Assembly (NCBI GenBank): GCA_965112735.1
Contig: OZ218961.1
Coordinates: 1,674,001-1,738,000, forward strand
From: Phaeosaccion multiseriatum
Taxonomy: Eukaryota; Protista; Ochrophyta, other classes
Length of the DNA stretch: 64,000 bases
Reading direction: 5' to 3'
Under the pieces are notes generated by a model. It did no database searches, had not been told where the DNA came from, and saw only the letters and a program-made list of their open reading frames with translations. Every line of letters starts with the position of its first letter. Positions within the stretch are counted from its first letter, which is position 1. This document shows, piece by piece, positions 61,442-64,000 of this stretch. Both the position numbers and the translations under genes were made by a program.

Positions 61442-62949
61442 ATGGCCGTGGGCGAGCAGATCCTCGGGGTGGTGTTCTGCCTGGTGGGAGGCGTTCTCAA
61501 CTCCACATGGCCCTTATTCACCAACCTCAAGGCACCAAGGATTATCCGTATTTGCACGGAGGAGGGATGGCACTTTGAGAATGTTTGGCTCGTTTTTAGC
61601 GTGGCCTTTGCGGGTCTCAATGCGGTGTACTGCATCGGCGTGCTGGGCTTTGATATCATCAGGGAGAATTACAGGGAGGCTTCAACGCTGGACTTTAGTC
61701 TGTTGTGCTGTTTTTCGTTCGCATGGGGGCTCGGAACGCTCGGCTTCTCTTTGGCTGTCGCACTTTTAGGCGCGGTCGGCAACGCATTAGTTATGTCCCT
61801 TCTGGTGGTTATCGGCACGCTTCTCCCTCTGATCGTGGATGATCTGGACGAAGTTACGTCTGCTGCTTCGCTCACCACACTGTTTGGAGTCGCTCTGGCT
61901 GTGCTTGGTTTTACGTCATCCGCCTACTCGAGCTGGCTCAGGGATTCTGCAAGATTAAGGGCAAAGTCGCTGGACCATGAGTCCTCGCCCTCATTCGCCG
62001 CTCGCAGCGCGCTAGTGCAGCAGCAGGAGGAGGGCGAGCCCTACACTTCTTGTGTAGCTTCTGTCGACGCTCTCGATAGAGGAGATGGATTGCAGCAAGA
62101 CGAGACCAAGAGTCCTTCTCCCCATACCGGGAAGTCTAATTTCTTGGTCGGATTGCTTGTTAGCGTCGTAGCAGCGGTGGCTAGCTCCATGCTTCAGGCC
62201 GCATTCGTGTTTGGTGGACCCCTGATAGACTATGCCGAAGAGGAGCAAGGCGAAAAGGAAGTGTGGAGCTCGCTAGTGGTCTGGCTCATGGCCTTCTCGC
62301 TGTGCGGCTTGTTCAACATCATTTACGCCGCGTACCTGCTCTCGACTCGAGGTACCTGGAACAGATACAAGGCCGTCTACATGGGGAGAAGAGGGTCCTT
62401 AAAAACAAAGTTAATGGTGTTCCAAACGAGCATCATGGCCAGGTAAAGTAGGGTGGGGCTGAGGTCAAAAAGGAGGAGAGGGGCCGGCTTTTGCCTTTTC
62501 CGTGTGCCTTTGATGTGTGTGTATGCACGAGTCGTGAACTGTGGCGGGGCCTTTTCAACCACCAAACAACTGCCTCCCCCCCCCTCTCCCACTCTCTCTC
62601 GTCTCTCCCCCAGCTTTTTCGTAGCGCATATACACTTCTACGGCGTGGCTCAGTTCCTATTCGGGGATCTGGGGAGCGTCATTGCCTGGCCCTTAATCAT
62701 GTCTAGCACAGTGTTGAGCGGACAGGTGAGGAAGGAAGAAAGGAAGGAAGGAAGGAAGGAAGGTATCTGCAAAGTCACACACATTACGTACTCACATCCT
62801 CCTTTGCTCACACCCCGCAGGTGTGGGGTATTGTGTACTTCAAGGAGCTGAAGCACGCAGGCAATCGAGCGAAACGAGTCAATGTGCTTGCCATCGCCCT
62901 CCTTCTTACGGCGGTGACCGTCATCGCAATCGCAGGCATCGTTTTGTAA
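61442..62949 (+). CDS. RhaT-like (L-rhamnose-H+ symporter family, DMT superfamily) transporter; exons 61442-62442, 62614-62725, 62821-62949
   Basis: About 10 TM helices; WHFENVWLV, AWGLGTLGF..LG, IGTLLP, FYG..LGSVIAW, WGIVYFKE match the RhaT pattern. Confidence 0.75.
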
Positions 62950-63038
62950 GCGCAATAGTTTTAGCCCAAGATTGACATATTCCGATTATTGCCTGTCGCG
63001 TTACTTCTAACATGTCCAGCCCAGTCGGGGTGTTGCCG

Positions 63039-64000
63039 CTAAGTCGCACCATCCCCCTCCGCCGCCTCCCCACCTCCTTCTTCGGCGGCCGCCTCTACTG
63101 TCTGCTCGACAGGCTCGACGCTGTCCTCCCCCGGCTCCTCTTGCTCTTGCTGTGCTGCTGCTTCTTCTTCCTGCGATGGCGGCGCCCCTTCCACATGCGC
63201 TTGCTCGCTTCCTACCACCCCCTCAGCTTCCACCCCCGCCTGTTCCGCCACCACAGCTTCCTCTGTCTCCCCCTCCTTCGCCTTATCCTTCTCCGTCTTC
63301 GCCTCCTCCGTTTTCACCGGCGCCTCCGCATCCCCTTCTGCGGACAGCTCAGTACCCCCTTCTCCTTCTTCCGCCCGCATGACCGGCGCCGGCGCCTGCT
63401 CCGCGGTGGGGTCTTTTCCTTCCGCGAGCCTGACGAGTGCCTGGCACACGGCGTGTCCGGCGATGGCGTCGAGTGCCGCGTCTCGCACCCTCTCCTCGCG
63501 CATGCGACTGATCGTCTCCTCCAGCGCATCTGCAGCAGGGCTCGAAACCTCCCCCCTCTTCTGCTCCTCCTCCATGTGCACGGCCATTCGCAGCTCTCGG
63601 ATGAGCTCTTGCCTGCGGTCTTTGCCTTCGAAGATGGCGTTCTGAATGGCCCTTCCTCGGAGCAGGCGCTGCAATAGCAGCAACGCCTGGAACTTGGCCT
63701 GGCAGTGGACAGAGTAGAGAGGTGCAAATGGTGTTGAGAAAGAAGAGCCACGAACAACAAGAGAGCCCACCTGATAAGAGACACAAACAACAACCCACCT
63801 CTTCCTCTGGCCGGGCGGGCGGGTCCACTCGCGGAGTCTGTGGTCTCTCTCTTCGCGCGTTGGTGGTATTCCTCGTGGTGCTCCCCAGGTCCACCCCAAG
63901 CCCCCCCGCAGAGACCGGATTGCTGCCCCCGCCGCCCAGCCCCCCCGCGCCGCCGCCTCCGCCCACCGTACCCGTCTCTCCTCCTCGGCCGTGCATACTC
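63039..64000 (-). CDS. CFAP91: CFAP91/MAATS1-like ciliary protein, 3' part only (intron 63699-63798)
   Basis: RPQTP..LLQRLLRGRAIQNAIFEGKDRRQELIRELR motif; the gene continues beyond the window. Confidence 0.8.
   Translation of the reverse strand, partial: VCTAEEERRVRWAEAAARGGWAAGAAIRSLRGGLGWTWGAPRGIPPTREERDHRLREWTRPPGQRKRWVVVCVSYQVGSLVVRGSSFSTPFAPLYSVHCQAKFQALLLLQRLLRGRAIQNAIFEGKDRRQELIRELRMAVHMEEEQKRGEVSSPAADALEETISRMREERVRDAALDAIAGHAVCQALVRLAEGKDPTAEQAPAPVMRAEEGEGGTELSAEGDAEAPVKTEEAKTEKDKAKEGETEEAVVAEQAGVEAEGVVGSEQAHVEGAPPSQEEEAAAQQEQEEPGEDSVEPVEQTVEAAAEEGGGEAAEGDGAT

Overview
Eukaryotic, GC-rich genomic DNA with short GT-AG introns. Bipartite plastid-targeting peptides, a plastid-type FtsZ and ciliary genes (CFAP91-like, FBF1-like) point to a flagellated ochrophyte (photosynthetic stramenopile); this is inference. 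The first ~21.4 kb is a nested transposon cluster. It holds degenerate tyrosine-recombinase (DIRS/Ngaro-like) retroelements and one intact chromodomain-bearing Ty3/Gypsy element (identical 265-bp LTRs, 4-bp TSD, atypical RT motif WIDN). It also holds a solo-LTR-like insert, a palindromic TG..CA foldback element, a minisatellite-filled MITE with a 6-bp TSD (second copy at 40.3 kb), Gypsy pol relics and intron-containing host-like gene fragments. The rest (21.6-64 kb) is dense with genes on mostly alternating strands: OFCC1-like, TMEM242-like, kinesin, FAM50/XAP5, RING protein, Sec61-gamma, VIT1, SOD1-like, FtsZ, TPR-Aha1, FBF1-like, RhaT-like and CFAP91-like. The most striking locus is one 7-exon gene (42792-47769, ~1429 aa). 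It fuses a Set2-type AWS-SET-postSET methyltransferase, Tudor-like and KH-like domains, a complete transcriptional cyclin fold, a catalytically degenerate CDK9/12-like kinase domain and an RS tail. Exon boundaries were reconstructed by eye and family calls come from motif recognition, not database searches.
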